Source of the DNA: Eledone cirrhosa
Taxonomy: Eukaryota
Direction of reading: 5' to 3'
DNA: 64,000 nt
Assembly (NCBI GenBank): GCA_964016885.1
Contig: OZ024740.1
Location: 199,516,001 to 199,580,000 of the forward strand
Positions within the stretch are counted from its first letter, which is position 1. Each line of letters begins with the position of its first letter. Below the pieces are notes generated by a model. It worked only from the letters and a program-made list of their open reading frames with translations. It searched no databases and had not been told where the DNA came from. The translations under genes were made by a program, and so were the position numbers. Positions 42,447 to 55,042 of this stretch are shown here, one piece after another.

Positions 42447-42844
42447 AAAGAATAAAGGTGTAACACACAAGTTATTATATATTGGTAAACGGAGTAGAAA
42501 ATGCTGACAAATTGTTCTCAATTGAAAAATGGTTTAATTAGGAATAAAAGAGTATTAGTGATTGTATGGGTTAGTATTCAGTTGTGGTTTTAAGTTTTTA
42601 AGTTTTTACCGGTTGCGCATTTCTAAATGCTTTTCAAAAATAATTTTGAGATAGAGTCAAACAGCACGGACACTCTATCTCAAAATTATTTTTGAAAAGC
42701 ATTTAGAAATGCGCAACCGGTAAAAACTTAAAAACTTAAAACCACAACTGAATACTAACCCATACAATCACTAATACTCTTTTATTCCTAATTAAACCAT
42801 TTTTCAACTGTGAACAATTTGTCAGCATTTTCTATTCCGTTTAC

Positions 42845-42850
<6 letters not shown>
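42446..42850. mobile_element. Family F palindrome (two head-to-head pLTR-like arms, 14-nt spacer) in (TA)n
   Basis: Arms about 42478-42657 and 42672-42850 are near-perfect reverse complements; each has the variant HHR. Confidence 0.85.
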
Positions 42851-42932
<82 letters not shown>

Positions 42933-42973
42933 GCCTCTATGTATGTATCTATGTATGTGTCTATGTATGTATC

Positions 42974-43036
<63 letters not shown>

Positions 43037-45165
43037 TACATCTGTGTGCATATGTTTATATATACACGTATGATAATATGCAGGTAGTATATATGTCTAT
43101 ATAAATAAATATGATGGTGATGTACATGAAGCTATATCCGGTATGATTTTTATGATAAACATGTATATGTCTCGCTATCAGTGATTTAAGCAGTGATCGT
43201 ATCATATCTATCTCTCTAGTCTCGTGAGAACGCCAGGCACTGGTGTATCAGGATCTATCATCAAACAGCACCCTTAATTTGCCACTATTTAGAATAGCCT
43301 AGAGCATATGTACTTGTGTGTAAATAATTTGCTAAAGAGGCTCATTTGCATATAGTGGGTGCTTGACGTGGTCATGAGGAATTTGCAGCAATATTAACAT
43401 GATCCAAAACAAAATTATATATGAAAGTATATAGGGAATACATGTGTATAATAAAAACTTACGCCATACTCCGTATTGCTCAGTTCATCTTTACGATCAA
43501 TTTTTTTCTCCTTTTTCTGTTGAATGCTACCAGTTTGACACTGGTGTAGCTATGCTAAATTCGTTAGCCCCAACTATGCTAAATTCGTTAGCCACGTTGA
43601 GTCCCATAACTTTTCCCAATACACTGGACTGACGATAGAGCTATCCTGTCGTTATATTCGTGTATTTTTCGGCTTGTCACATTAATTCACGTTGCTCCAT
43701 TTTTTGCTCAGCTGGAAAAATGATTTACGACGGCAATGGTGCCGAACTGTATTAGCCTTTGCTTTACTTCTAGGGAGGGGTCGATACTCCACTTACACAA
43801 AATTATTCTTAAGGCAAACGCATGTAATTATTCTTGAGGCAAACGCATGATCAGTCAACATTGGGTACGAAACCCAAATGCATTCATTCCCTTTCACATT
43901 TTGAGGTGTTCCTTTATATCTATTTATGAATTGTTTGCGGTACTCAGGTTATGATGTGATAAGTGGATAGATGCTGTCCATCCCAGCATGTGTCGCCCAT
44001 CTCGAACGATGAAGTCATCCATAAATTTAATCTCTTCATATTATACGTATACATATATCTGACGTTTCGCAGAACCATCTCACGATTGTTCAGAACAAGA
44101 ACATCAACAGAAACATTTTTTATATAGTTGTGTGCGCATGTGTGCGTATATGTGTGTGTGTGTGTGTATGGGTGCCGTGTGTGTGGGGACGGGTGCTGAG
44201 GGGAAGAGAGAGATGGAAAGAGATAAATATTCGTATTTGTACATATTTATATACATGAGGATATAGCTTGATATATCACAAATGATCACATATGTAGAAT
44301 ATTAAAGAAAATACAATAATAAATATATAGTTTAGAATGGCTGCCATCACGCGCGCACAAACACATCAAGATACATCGAGTGTTACTCTGAATTTTGTTT
44401 TTTCCGTTCTTATACCATAGACACCCTCCCTTCTCTCTCCGTCTCTCCCTCTCTCTATACATGTATATATATAGAGAGAAGGGAGAGCTAGAGAAAATAG
44501 ATGGAGATAACGTGTGTGCTCGGTTGCATGTATGTTTGTGTATATGGGTGCGTACATATGAAAAAATATAAGTGTTAAACGTTACCATTCATATGCATAT
44601 CACATCTTATTTATGCAAGTAAGTTGAATTTTAAGCAGATTTACCTGAAAGATAAATGAAAATATATAATTAGCAGAATATATAGAGAAAGCAAACTGTA
44701 TAGAACTTATTTAACTAGAGATTTTATAACTAAATATGTTAAACAGTTGATATTTCCCTACTTTATATTCTGATACAAATGGAACATTTAGAAAGGAAAT
44801 CATTTCAATTTGATGTTTCATATTTTAACTGTAGGTTCTCCTTTTGTTTGTTTTCCCGAAATGATTCTAGAAATTTAATTTAAATATATTCAAATTTGGA
44901 GATTTTAAAAACATTATATTTCAGTTTTCTGATGGAATTTTTTATGAAGTGTTGAACATTTGATATAATTAGCAATTTGAAGCATGATCATATTCTCCCA
45001 ATAAGTCACGTAAACTCCTGAAATAATTTAATTCCACTATCACTCTTTCAAATGTTCAAAAGTAATATTTTCGGAAATAGTAAAGCTAGAACCAATTTCT
45101 TTAGAAAGAATGATTTTGCAATGTTTTTGTCTGCGATGGTAATTTAAAGGCTACACAAGTTTCTC

Positions 45166-45336
45166 TATCGGTAGAACATCGGACACCATGTATGCTTAGA
45201 GTTATGGCCCATCACGTTCTGAGTTGAAATCCCGCCGAAGTTAACTTTGCCTTTCATCCTGACGGGGTCGATAAAATAAAGCCCCAGTAATGTACTGAGG
45301 TAATTGCTGGCCTTGTTCCAAAGGTAGAAACAATTA
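45166..45336 (+). mobile_element. SINE S1-related copy, diverged
   Basis: S1 body and tail present; head diverged. Confidence 0.8.
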
Positions 45337-46519
45337 TTATAGCATTGCCCTTTCTCAATACATTTATTTTATTTGAGAGTTTGGTTAGTCCAATTAAGGA
45401 AGTCAATATATGAATCTCAAAATCATATAATGGGTTACTTAAAATAGCCTTCCAAAATCAAAGTAATCGCCTTTCAGTTTCATTGGCTATCAGATCACAA
45501 ACGGTACAGCCGATAACATTTGATGACCATGATATACTTGATCTTATATAACATATTCATTACCATATATCTCATGAAACATTGTCAAAGATATTCAAAT
45601 AACGTTGAAAACCATCTGAACTGTGGAGAGAATTATCAATAATCACTAAGCTGCTCTTTGGAACAAAAAAAAATGCTCACATAGAATAATGATGTTAGAT
45701 TTATTTGAATAGAAACTCAATACAACAGACAACCATATATCATAGAATCAGAGGTGGTTTAAGCGAGTTTGTTATAAAAAAAGTTTAAGAAATATTTGGT
45801 CTGAAGAAATAGAAGATATATTTGATGAAATATTCCACGCTTGAAGGGGAATTGAGTGCTTTTTACCTGGTTACCAACTTTGTAAAGATAGTTATCTGAC
45901 TCTAATTCATTCATAGTTTCTTAAAAAATAAATAAATAAACATATTTTTTAGCAGCACAATTCAATATTTTCATATTTTAGTTGCTTCTATTTAGACAGT
46001 GATCAGTTCTCATTCTGTATAATTCTAAACAAAGATATACTACCCTTGACCGACCCACTGTGGTCTCAAGGATTTTGTATTCAGGTTTAAATTATCTAAC
46101 ATCTTCCATTTTTAACTGGGATACGTCTATTTTGAGGGAGGTTGTGTGTTATTTCTAGTAGATTTACAAACACTGTATTGACCACTTTTTAAGCTCGTTA
46201 TATTCGCTTTACATTTTATGAGTGCGGTGGATAATATTATTTCGAGTATTGATTCCACAGTCAAAATAACATTATAAATGCAAAACGGCGAACGACATAT
46301 TTGGTAATGCCATATACTTTGCTCACTGCAGCGATACATCTGCAGTTAAACGGGCGTCAGGCCCTCGCATCAACACCCGACACACTGAAAATCAAAACGA
46401 ATCATGTAATCTGTAATTGGATGTTCATATCGATGGAAACGTTCAATATTTTGTGTTCCGAAACTATAGCCTAATTCAATATATATGAAGATGAATTTGA
46501 CTATCTGAAAGAATGAGAT

Positions 46520-46563
46520 TTACTGGCTTTTCAGATCATCTCTCATGCGATTCTTCAGAGTAA
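46520..46563 (-). ncRNA. Possible decayed hammerhead motif
   Basis: rc: TTACT-CTGAAGA-atcg...tgat-ct-GAAA-ag-CC-AGTAA; stem I in register but U16.1 is replaced by C. Confidence 0.3.
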
Positions 46564-47399
46564 GGCAGTAGCCATTTGTTGCAGTAAAATGCAGTAAAAT
46601 ATACCCGCTTTCCTTTATTTATTTGATTTGTGAAATCACAATATGTTGTATTTAAAAATAAAGCTGCTCAAGATATAAATGTACAAACCAAAAGAAAACG
46701 TGGATACAAAAACCATGCTAATTGAACCAGAGATGATGAAGTGTGGTTAATATAATGCATTTTGGGTCTTAATTGAAAATATAAAACATGATGTAATTAA
46801 AAGGATAGGAAAGAAACCAATCGTCAGATCGGACAAATAAACATATTACCACAGCTTCTTCTATTGCCGATACTATTTGCCGGTCGCAATCTCTGGCAAA
46901 ACGAAGCTTTATTTGAAATCAGAACACACATAGCTAGATCAAATGCAGACTAAATATTAATTCCGCCATTCCACTGGCTTGAACTGGTATTTTTATTTTG
47001 TCCACATAGAAAGGATAAAATGCAAAGTTGATCGCATTGGGATTTGAACTCAAAATAAATGTTATGTAAACGTAATTCATTCAAGTGAAATGCGTTTTAT
47101 CATAATGTTAAAGCTTTCAGTTGTTAATTGAGATAGTTGTGCTTGAATCAGTTTTAGCTAGAGCTAAACAATGGCAACGTGGTACGGAATAATGATAGAG
47201 AGTTTACTGTGAATAAAAGTGTATTCAAAGTAGAAGGAATAATCATGACTGATGTCATGAGAAGACAGATTAAGTTTGACATACAACTGCCGTTTATCCA
47301 TCAATCTTAACTATATAACATAGCAAATAATACGTTGCCAATTAAATTATCATTGACATCTTATGTCTCTGTATTTGTCTTATTATTTTTCCTCCGCCT

Positions 47400-47720
47400 T
47401 TTCCACTTTCTCCTGTCATCGCGGTGATTAACATGGTGATGGAGATCAAGAGGATGGTGAACATGTTGGTGAGGATCATACGATGATGTTGTGGAGGAAA
47501 GGAATGGAGATGCTGGTAACGACACTAGTGATCGAGACGATGTTGTTGATGGTGACAATAGTAGTGATGGTAGGCATGGTAATGATGATGACGATCGTGA
47601 TGTTGGAGACGCGGAGGAAAAAGTGGGATTTAGCAATGTTGCTTAATAGGTGCATTATAAGGTGATGATGACAATAACGATGATAGTTATGATTATGACA
47701 ATCTGCATTATTATTATTCG
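47400..47720. repeat. Degenerate (GAT/GGT)n trinucleotide low-complexity tract
   Basis: Seen directly in the sequence. Confidence 0.7.
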
Positions 47721-47989
47721 TTGAGCGTTTGACAAAATGCTTTGCAACATTTAATTGCGGCCCTTTAGAGTCAGTGCTCACACCCCGCGGAAGTTAGTTC
47801 GCCTTTCATCATAAGAGGGTCGATAAAGTAAAGTACAAATGATACTCTGTGGTCGATTTAATATACTTGCTCCTCCACAAAAATTGATGACCCATTGCAT
47901 ATATCAGAAAGCTTTATTATCCGTTTGCACAGCATTTGTTGATGGTGATCAAATTCGACGGAATCACCCTCTTACAGTTCGAAGGAGGT

Positions 47990-48490
47990 AGATCCCACAT
48001 GTCGGACGCCACCTACTGCTATAAGTTCTCCGCATCGACGTAGTCGCTTCGGCCGCAAACCCTGGCATCGCAGCCCGCCTCACAGAAGAACATGAAATAA
48101 ACAAATACCGGGGTTTGTCCGCCAACTTCATCTTCGCACCGGTCGCCGTCGAGACCTCAAGCGTACTTGGACCCTGTATTGGCGAGCTCCTCCATAAGAT
48201 CAGAGCTTCGGTGGCCCGTCTGAGGAGGGAGCCCCGCGAGGTTGGGTGGCTGTTGCAGCGGGTGTCACTGGCCATCGTCCGCGGGAATGCTGTTGCCGTC
48301 TTGTCAGCAAGGCACAGCACTTCTGCCCTCTTGCCCTAGGCCCAAAGCCCAATCACCCTCATCCCTCGCCACTCTTCTGTTACATCAGAGCTCTCGCGAT
48401 CCCCTCCCCTTCCCGTCTTTCCTTCTTTCTTTCTCTTTTTTTCTATATTTCCCTATCCCCCCCCCCTTTTTGTTACTTAAGGATTAACAT
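47990..48490 (+). mobile_element. 3' end of a CRE-clade (restriction-like endonuclease) non-LTR retrotransposon
   Basis: EEHEINKYRGLSANFIFAPVAVETSSVLG...WLLQRVSLAIVRGNAVAV matches the K..KY / F.P.A.ET.G / QR.S.AI.RGNA pattern of CRE-type RLE C-termini; pyrimidine-rich 3' UTR follows. Confidence 0.8.
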
Positions 48491-48977
48491 AGAAATAGAA
48501 ATCTGCCACACTAAATTGAAAAGGGGGAAATGTTGTATTTACGAGAAGGTAGGGATTTCTGTTGGTGTATGTCATAGCAATACAATTTCTGCCTTTGCGG
48601 GAGCATAGAGTACGATGTTTAAAGATATGTATAGTGTTCATTGTTCATGAAACTCGTTTACAAATTGATATTACAATACATATGATATCAAACGAATGAA
48701 TATAATCAAATCCTGAAAAATCCATTTATACATAAAATATATATATATATTTTCTCTACTGACATTTGAGTAACATATTTTGGGGTCCACTTCAGGGAGT
48801 CATTCGTAACGTCTGACTACCAGCTTCACACGTCTTGAAACCTTACTTTTCATTCTTTTCTTTTCTTTTTTCTTTCATAAATATGTCTGTCTCTTCCATC
48901 GAAAACAGATTTTTCATTTTGACAGACACAATAATAAACATCAATATAAAAGTGTTTGTGTGTGCAAATGTACGTAT

Positions 48978-49030
<53 letters not shown>

Positions 49031-49135
49031 TGTAAATATATATTTAAATAAATATATATATAAACATATAAATATATATATAGATATATAAATATATATA
49101 TAGATATATAAATATAGATATAAATATATAAATAT

Positions 49136-49168
<33 letters not shown>

Positions 49169-49194
49169 AATATATATAAATATATATGTATATA

Positions 49195-49348
<154 letters not shown>

Positions 49349-49384
49349 CTATATATAAATATAAATATATATATAAATATATAG

Positions 49385-49558
49385 TAATAATAATAAATAT
49401 GAAGACTAAAATCCAAAGAGGGCTCGATAAGGATAAATATATATGAAATATAAAAGAACCGTAGAGCAAATATTTATTAAAATAACAGATTAAAGTTTAA
49501 GCAAAGAATCGCTGCTTTCACCCTTAACGGGATCTTCTGAAATTCAGAAGTTCCCGTT
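49385..49558 (-). mobile_element. Short PLE-6-family pLTR fragment truncated and folded back at its HHR (49494-49544)
   Basis: Matches 38495-38651, then taacgggatcttctga-aat-tcagaagttcccgtta hairpin. Confidence 0.8.
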
Positions 49559-49964
49559 ATATATATATAAAAGGAAAAAAATGAAACGAAATTTCATTTC
49601 TCACTCTTAGTGTGGCTATTACAAACAAACAGAGCATTATAATAAATGTTCGGTGAATCCATACGTACATATATATATATATGTGTGCATGTAAGTATAT
49701 ATATATACATACTACTGTACGTCTGTATACATATGTGTATGTACGTATACATACTTATATATATATATATATAAATATCTATTGATTTTTACCTGGATTT
49801 TACCAAATTCTGTGGATGAATCTATATCCTGATTCTTTTTGAATTGAGTTTGAATTATTTTCCCACATCTTACGTTAACTATTTTTCCATGTTGACGCTA
49901 TAGTCACTTATATATTATGGAATACTGTTGGCTTCTTGCTACAATAATTTCTATACTTTTCATT

Positions 49965-50000
<36 letters not shown>

Positions 50001-50157
50001 AATATATAACGAAGGAAATGTGGTAAGGAACCAGGTGGACCATAACGCACCAAAGAACTCAATACTTAGGGTAGTAGAGTGGGTAATAGGAACCAGTAAG
50101 ACCCCGACGGCTGAGCTCAAGCCGTTTCTTACTGGGGTCTTACTGGTTCCTATATAA

Positions 50158-50262
<105 letters not shown>

Positions 50263-50399
50263 ATATATGTGTGTGTATGTGTGTGTGTGTGTGCGTGCGC
50301 GTCGAGTTCAATCGGGGGCAACCACAGTAAGTAAAGTACCCAATACATGGCAGAGTATTAATTTTTAATTTCAGAAATGGCTTATGTATATATACATAT

Positions 50400-50985
50400 G
50401 GTGGCTGCCAACTCGTTTTCGAGTACGGCCACTACTTTATATCCATGTAGGAGAACTCCTACCGATGCCCTGAACAAGTGTGACTTTTTAGTCCAGCCAG
50501 CGTATTGAAAACTCTGGTACAAACACTACACTTGTGACAATTATTGACACATAGTGCTGGGCCCATGGTACCATGTGACGACAAGTGCAGAGAGATCTCC
50601 AGATATAAAGCAATTCCTGTGCCGTGAAGCTTTTATAGTGAGCAAAGGCACTGCACAAAGCCAGTCCCACTCTCTTAACCAAGATGATATTTACCAAAAA
50701 GAAGAACAAGTCAACATCATTGGATACCATCAGGGTTGCATGTATTATATCAGAGTTTTCCTTCTCCTAGAATTCTGCCTTGACAAAGGCTAAGGGGTCA
50801 TCTCTCCAGGTGATTTTGGATGGCCATTGACTCTTAAGAGCTCCTTTGCCCTTTGACAGGTTTTGTTTTTAGTCCTGCAGGATCTCCAAAGTCACCCTCC
50901 TCACCAAGAAACCTTGGTGGGGTTGCCAGTTTAGTCGCCAACGACCCGACCATGAGACAGGTTGTACTGGGATACATGTTACCAG
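50400..50985. mobile_element. Probable RTE-clade 5' region, rearranged (50745-50985 on minus; 50400-50745 on plus, ending near the endonuclease start)
   Basis: Minus strand contains ctaggagaaggaaaactctga, recalled as typical of RTE 5' UTRs; plus strand reads MIFTKKKNKSTSLDTIRVA, resembling an APE N-terminus. Confidence 0.45.
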
Positions 50986-51027
50986 TATATATACATACAG
51001 GCATACATACATACATAAATATATATA

Positions 51028-51132
51028 TAATTGTTTCTACTTTAGGCACAAGGCCAGCAATTACCTAGTGCATTACTAGTGCATTACTGGTACTTTATTT
51101 TATCGACCCTGTAAGGATGAAAGGCAAAGTTA
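51028..51132 (-). mobile_element. 5'-truncated SINE S1
   Basis: S1 tail and body with an internal ctagtgcatta duplication. Confidence 0.85.
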
Positions 51133-51156
51133 ATATAATGTGTGTGCGTTTGTGTC

Positions 51157-51197
<41 letters not shown>

Positions 51198-51204
51198 GTA
51201 CATA

Positions 51205-52010
51205 TTCTAGCGGCTTCACGCTTAAATTCATAGTCTTCTCGGTTCTCTTAATATTCTCTACCAGATACTTCGTCTTAATTTCATTCATTCTCAGCCCTAC
51301 ACTCATAGACACAGATTCCACCTCCTGCATCAACCCCTCTGCTTCCTTCACCGTGTTTGTTACCAAAACTATGTCGTCAGCAAATTCAGCATCTGATATC
51401 TTTTTCGCCTTAACTCTCCATCTCTGAGCCAATGCTACAGTAAAGCCAGAATCCTGGCTAGAATTGGTTTGGCAGTTACTATATCTGGGAGCAAAGATTG
51501 GGAACACGGAGGTTAATGCGATTGGGAGGAAGAGCAAAGGCTGGATGGCGTGCCACATTTTGAGATCGGTGTGGAGGTCGGACCATCGTAAACCTTGCAG
51601 ATCCGTCTCTTCGTTGCTACAGTGGAGTATGTGCTACTGTACGGGCCTGAGACTTGGACACTGACTAAGAAACTCACTCAGATAGTGCATGGGTGCTTAA
51701 CGAGAAGGCTGAGGATGAGGAACCTAGAGTTATACGGGGAACTTCCAAATGTCAGCTCGAATGTAACACAGAGGAGAGGGAGGTTAGCTGGACATATTCA
51801 CCGACATTCAGAGTTGACACTGAGCTCAGTGCTCCTGTGGTAGCCACTGCACGGACACACTAGAAGAGAGAGACCGAGTTTGAAATATGTTGATGCCCTA
51901 ACGACAGTCACAGGTCTCTTCGAGACGCAGGACATGGCAGGGCTGATGAGGTACAGACATCTCTGGAGAGAAGTCGTCCATGGATCTCGGGAATGTTACT
52001 CGCCCTTAAA
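51205..52010. mobile_element. RTE-clade LINE with 5' inversion (51205-51465 minus; 51478-52010 plus)
   Basis: Minus: DAEFADDIVL...GLRMNEIKTKY...KPLE; plus: YLGAKIGNTE...VLLYGPETWTL...RLAGH; homologous to 40330-40918. Confidence 0.88.
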
Positions 52011-52570
52011 TAGATAGATATATACATATGCATACAAATATGTAAGCATGAAAACACACATACGTACAAATGTATATATATATATGTGTGTGTGTGTGTG
52101 TAATATTGAGAGAGTGAAATAGACAATGCATTGTGGTGGGAAAAATCAGTATATGTAAGGGACAACATTAACATTCATATATATATATATAGAGAGAGAG
52201 AGATAGAGAGGGGGGGAAGAGACATAGATATATATACCAATTATATGCCAAGTTTTTCGACAAATATATTTTGAAATCTATTTAGAATAAGCTAGCATGC
52301 TTTCAAAATTGAAATGAATCAATCGTAAAACGTTTATCTCTCTATTTCTTTCTTTCATTCTGTTATTCTCGGTCTCCCTCAATCTCCCTCTCTCACATTC
52401 ACACACACACAAACTCTCTCTGTATGCATATATATATATATATATATATATGCAGAAGTTTTATTTAAAATTGTTGGGTTACAACAAGTAAATATTTTAT
52501 AACGGATATAAAGCACTCGACAAGTTTTGAAATATGGTTTTATAAATATGGTTTCCATTTGTTTAATATC

Positions 52571-52609
<39 letters not shown>

Positions 52610-53123
52610 TATTTATGTATCTATGTATATATATATATATATAGATAGATATACAGATATATATGATATATATATATATAGAGAGAGAGAGAGAGGGGGA
52701 GACAAATAGAGTGATAGAACGAGTTAGAATGAGAGAGGGGAACGATATGTTAAGCCGTATCAATGATTGCTGTAGATGCTGAATGGTTTGAGTACTTAAT
52801 ATGATTGAAACGCACATTCTACAGAATACCAGTCCTCACGTAATATATATATATATATATATATATATACAAACATATACATATATATATATATATGTAT
52901 GTATGTATATATGTATATATATATATATTTACTTACATACATATACATATGTGTGTATGTAGATACATATACTCATACACAAAACAAGTTTGCCAGCATA
53001 TGACTTTGTGAACTTGCTCTCCATCTTTTCTTTAGCTCTGACCTTTAACTATGACGTCGGTAAACCTTATCTCTGTTTCCAATGAAAATCTAACTGAAAT
53101 ACTCTTTAGACATTTCATTTATC

Positions 53124-53172
53124 CATCACTGATGACATTTGCCAATGTTTGGCAAGAAAATGTCGTCTGATG
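53124..53172 (+). ncRNA. Hammerhead-like motif, weak stem III
   Basis: CATCA-CTGATGA-cat-TTGCCA-atgtt-TGGCAA-GAAA-atgtcg-TC-TGATG. Confidence 0.5.
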
Positions 53173-53619
53173 ATACTTTTTTCAATAGAACATTCTATAT
53201 CGATTTCAAATCTCTTTTGTATAAAGCATGTACTGTTGGAGTATTAGTGAGATTTTCTTTTAGTTTGATTTTATTCATTTTTGAATCTTTATATAGTAAT
53301 TTTATTTATTTTCATTATTTCTTTTTCTTTTTTTTTCCTTTCTTATTGCATCGCTTCAATTTTAACAACCCAACAGTAGTTCGGCAATATCCTGCCGCCA
53401 GTTAGTGCTAGAAGGAATATCCGTATTCCTTGGAAATGACCAAATCAGATTCCAAACGTCGAAAAATTAATATATTGACATAGGTTACAGCCTAGAGCTA
53501 TAAAATACCATGTATTCGATTGAAGTATCGATTTCAGAGAAAAATGTAATCCATCTCTATATTTATAATTTCCTACGGTTATATAAAATTTAATAAACTT
53601 AGTTACACTTGTCCAATAT

Positions 53620-54115
53620 TCTTTCTTTAACTATCTATTAAGCCATTTCACATTTATACAGGAAAATACCTGGATTTGAACACATTGCGTTACACATCTA
53701 TGGACAGAACTTTACATTTTACCGCACTATATATGACTTCTACAAGAAAACCTTGCAATATATCACACTAAGTTAGATTGCTACAAGACAGTATACTACT
53801 CTATTACATACTACATGACATGTCATATAGAACTGGCACTGTAACAAACTACTTTACATTTCTATATCACACTACTTACACTATACTATATTAAAATTAC
53901 ACAACACATTATATAGCATTATAACATTATATATCTACAACACATTTCTCTGTACTTCTACAATGCATTACATTACACTATAAACACACTAAATTCAATT
54001 TTTATTACAGAATGACCACTCTAATACTACACCACTTTGCATTATAAAATACTACTTTACACTTTTGTCACATAGCGTCCAGTTATAACATTGTCCTATA
54101 GCATAATACATCACA
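53620..54115. repeat. Decayed pentanucleotide-like (TACAC/TACAT) tract
   Basis: Recurrent tacac/tacta/cacta/acatt periodicity. Confidence 0.5.
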
Positions 54116-54998
54116 TATATAGAGAGCTGCGAAATAAATGCCACGAAGTTCACCCTGGCCTCTTGCGCCCCTATTTCAAATCACGCCAAGCTCACATTTG
54201 CCTTTCACATTTTCGCGGTCGTTAAATTAACAATCCAACGACAGTGGATTGGTGGAATTGTTAAAGAGACCAGTGGGTTATTTTGTGGTGTCTGATCCGG
54301 CTCTATACATGCCGAATTCCAATCCCACCTTCTTACGTCATGATCAGCAACCAGCAGATAATATCAGCAATGGAAACAATGTCCTTGCTCCGATCAGATG
54401 TTTATTCATACATGGTGCTAAATCTCGATAGACGATAGAATACAAATCCCACTGAAATCAAATTTGCATCTTATTGTTTCAGGGTCGATACATAAAGTAC
54501 CAGTCTAGGGCAGTAAATTGACTAAATTGTTAGATCGGTATCTGTTCTTTCTGTGTGTTTATCAAATGCTCTGGGCTATTACTGGAGACATTTGTGATGC
54601 GATAGGACTCACCAAGTGGAAAAAATAGCCATCCTGTTTATATCGTAAAAGATTATGGAGGTAATTCCACACTACCGATAGTCTACGATGTGTAATGATT
54701 ATATCATCAGGTACAGGGGCTATTTTGGCGTACATGTTAAAATGGTGTCCTTAGTTTATGCCCTGTAAATGCGATGACTTGTCTTCAATGTATTTTACTT
54801 GAATCAGTTCTCTATATACAAACACATGTTTATGTGTTTATGCCTGTGCATTTGTGAATATACGAATTGCCTGTCCGGGCGATTCCTTGTTTTCCACAAA
54901 TTCAACTTGCCGAGGCTTATGTCACGAGGGGGGGGGGGGGGACTTTCTATGTACAAAATGATGGTCACTCGTATCCAATGGCGGGGGAGGGTGTCTTT

Positions 54999-55039
<41 letters not shown>

Positions 55040-55042
<3 letters not shown>

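Noticed and set aside
38495-42850. Palindromes as MITEs or DNA transposons
   Set aside because: The 38.5-kb arms match the PLE-6 pLTR, family F fold-back centres vary between copies, and no transposase or fixed TIR is seen.
43548-43850. Short tandem duplications (ctatgctaaattcgttagcc x2; aattattctt.aggcaaacgcatg x2) as a CRISPR-like array
   Set aside because: Only two adjacent units each, no spacer series, and a eukaryotic context.
44054-44095. rc CTGAACA...GAAACGTC hammerhead-like string
   Set aside because: G8 is altered without compensation, and stems I and II are poor.
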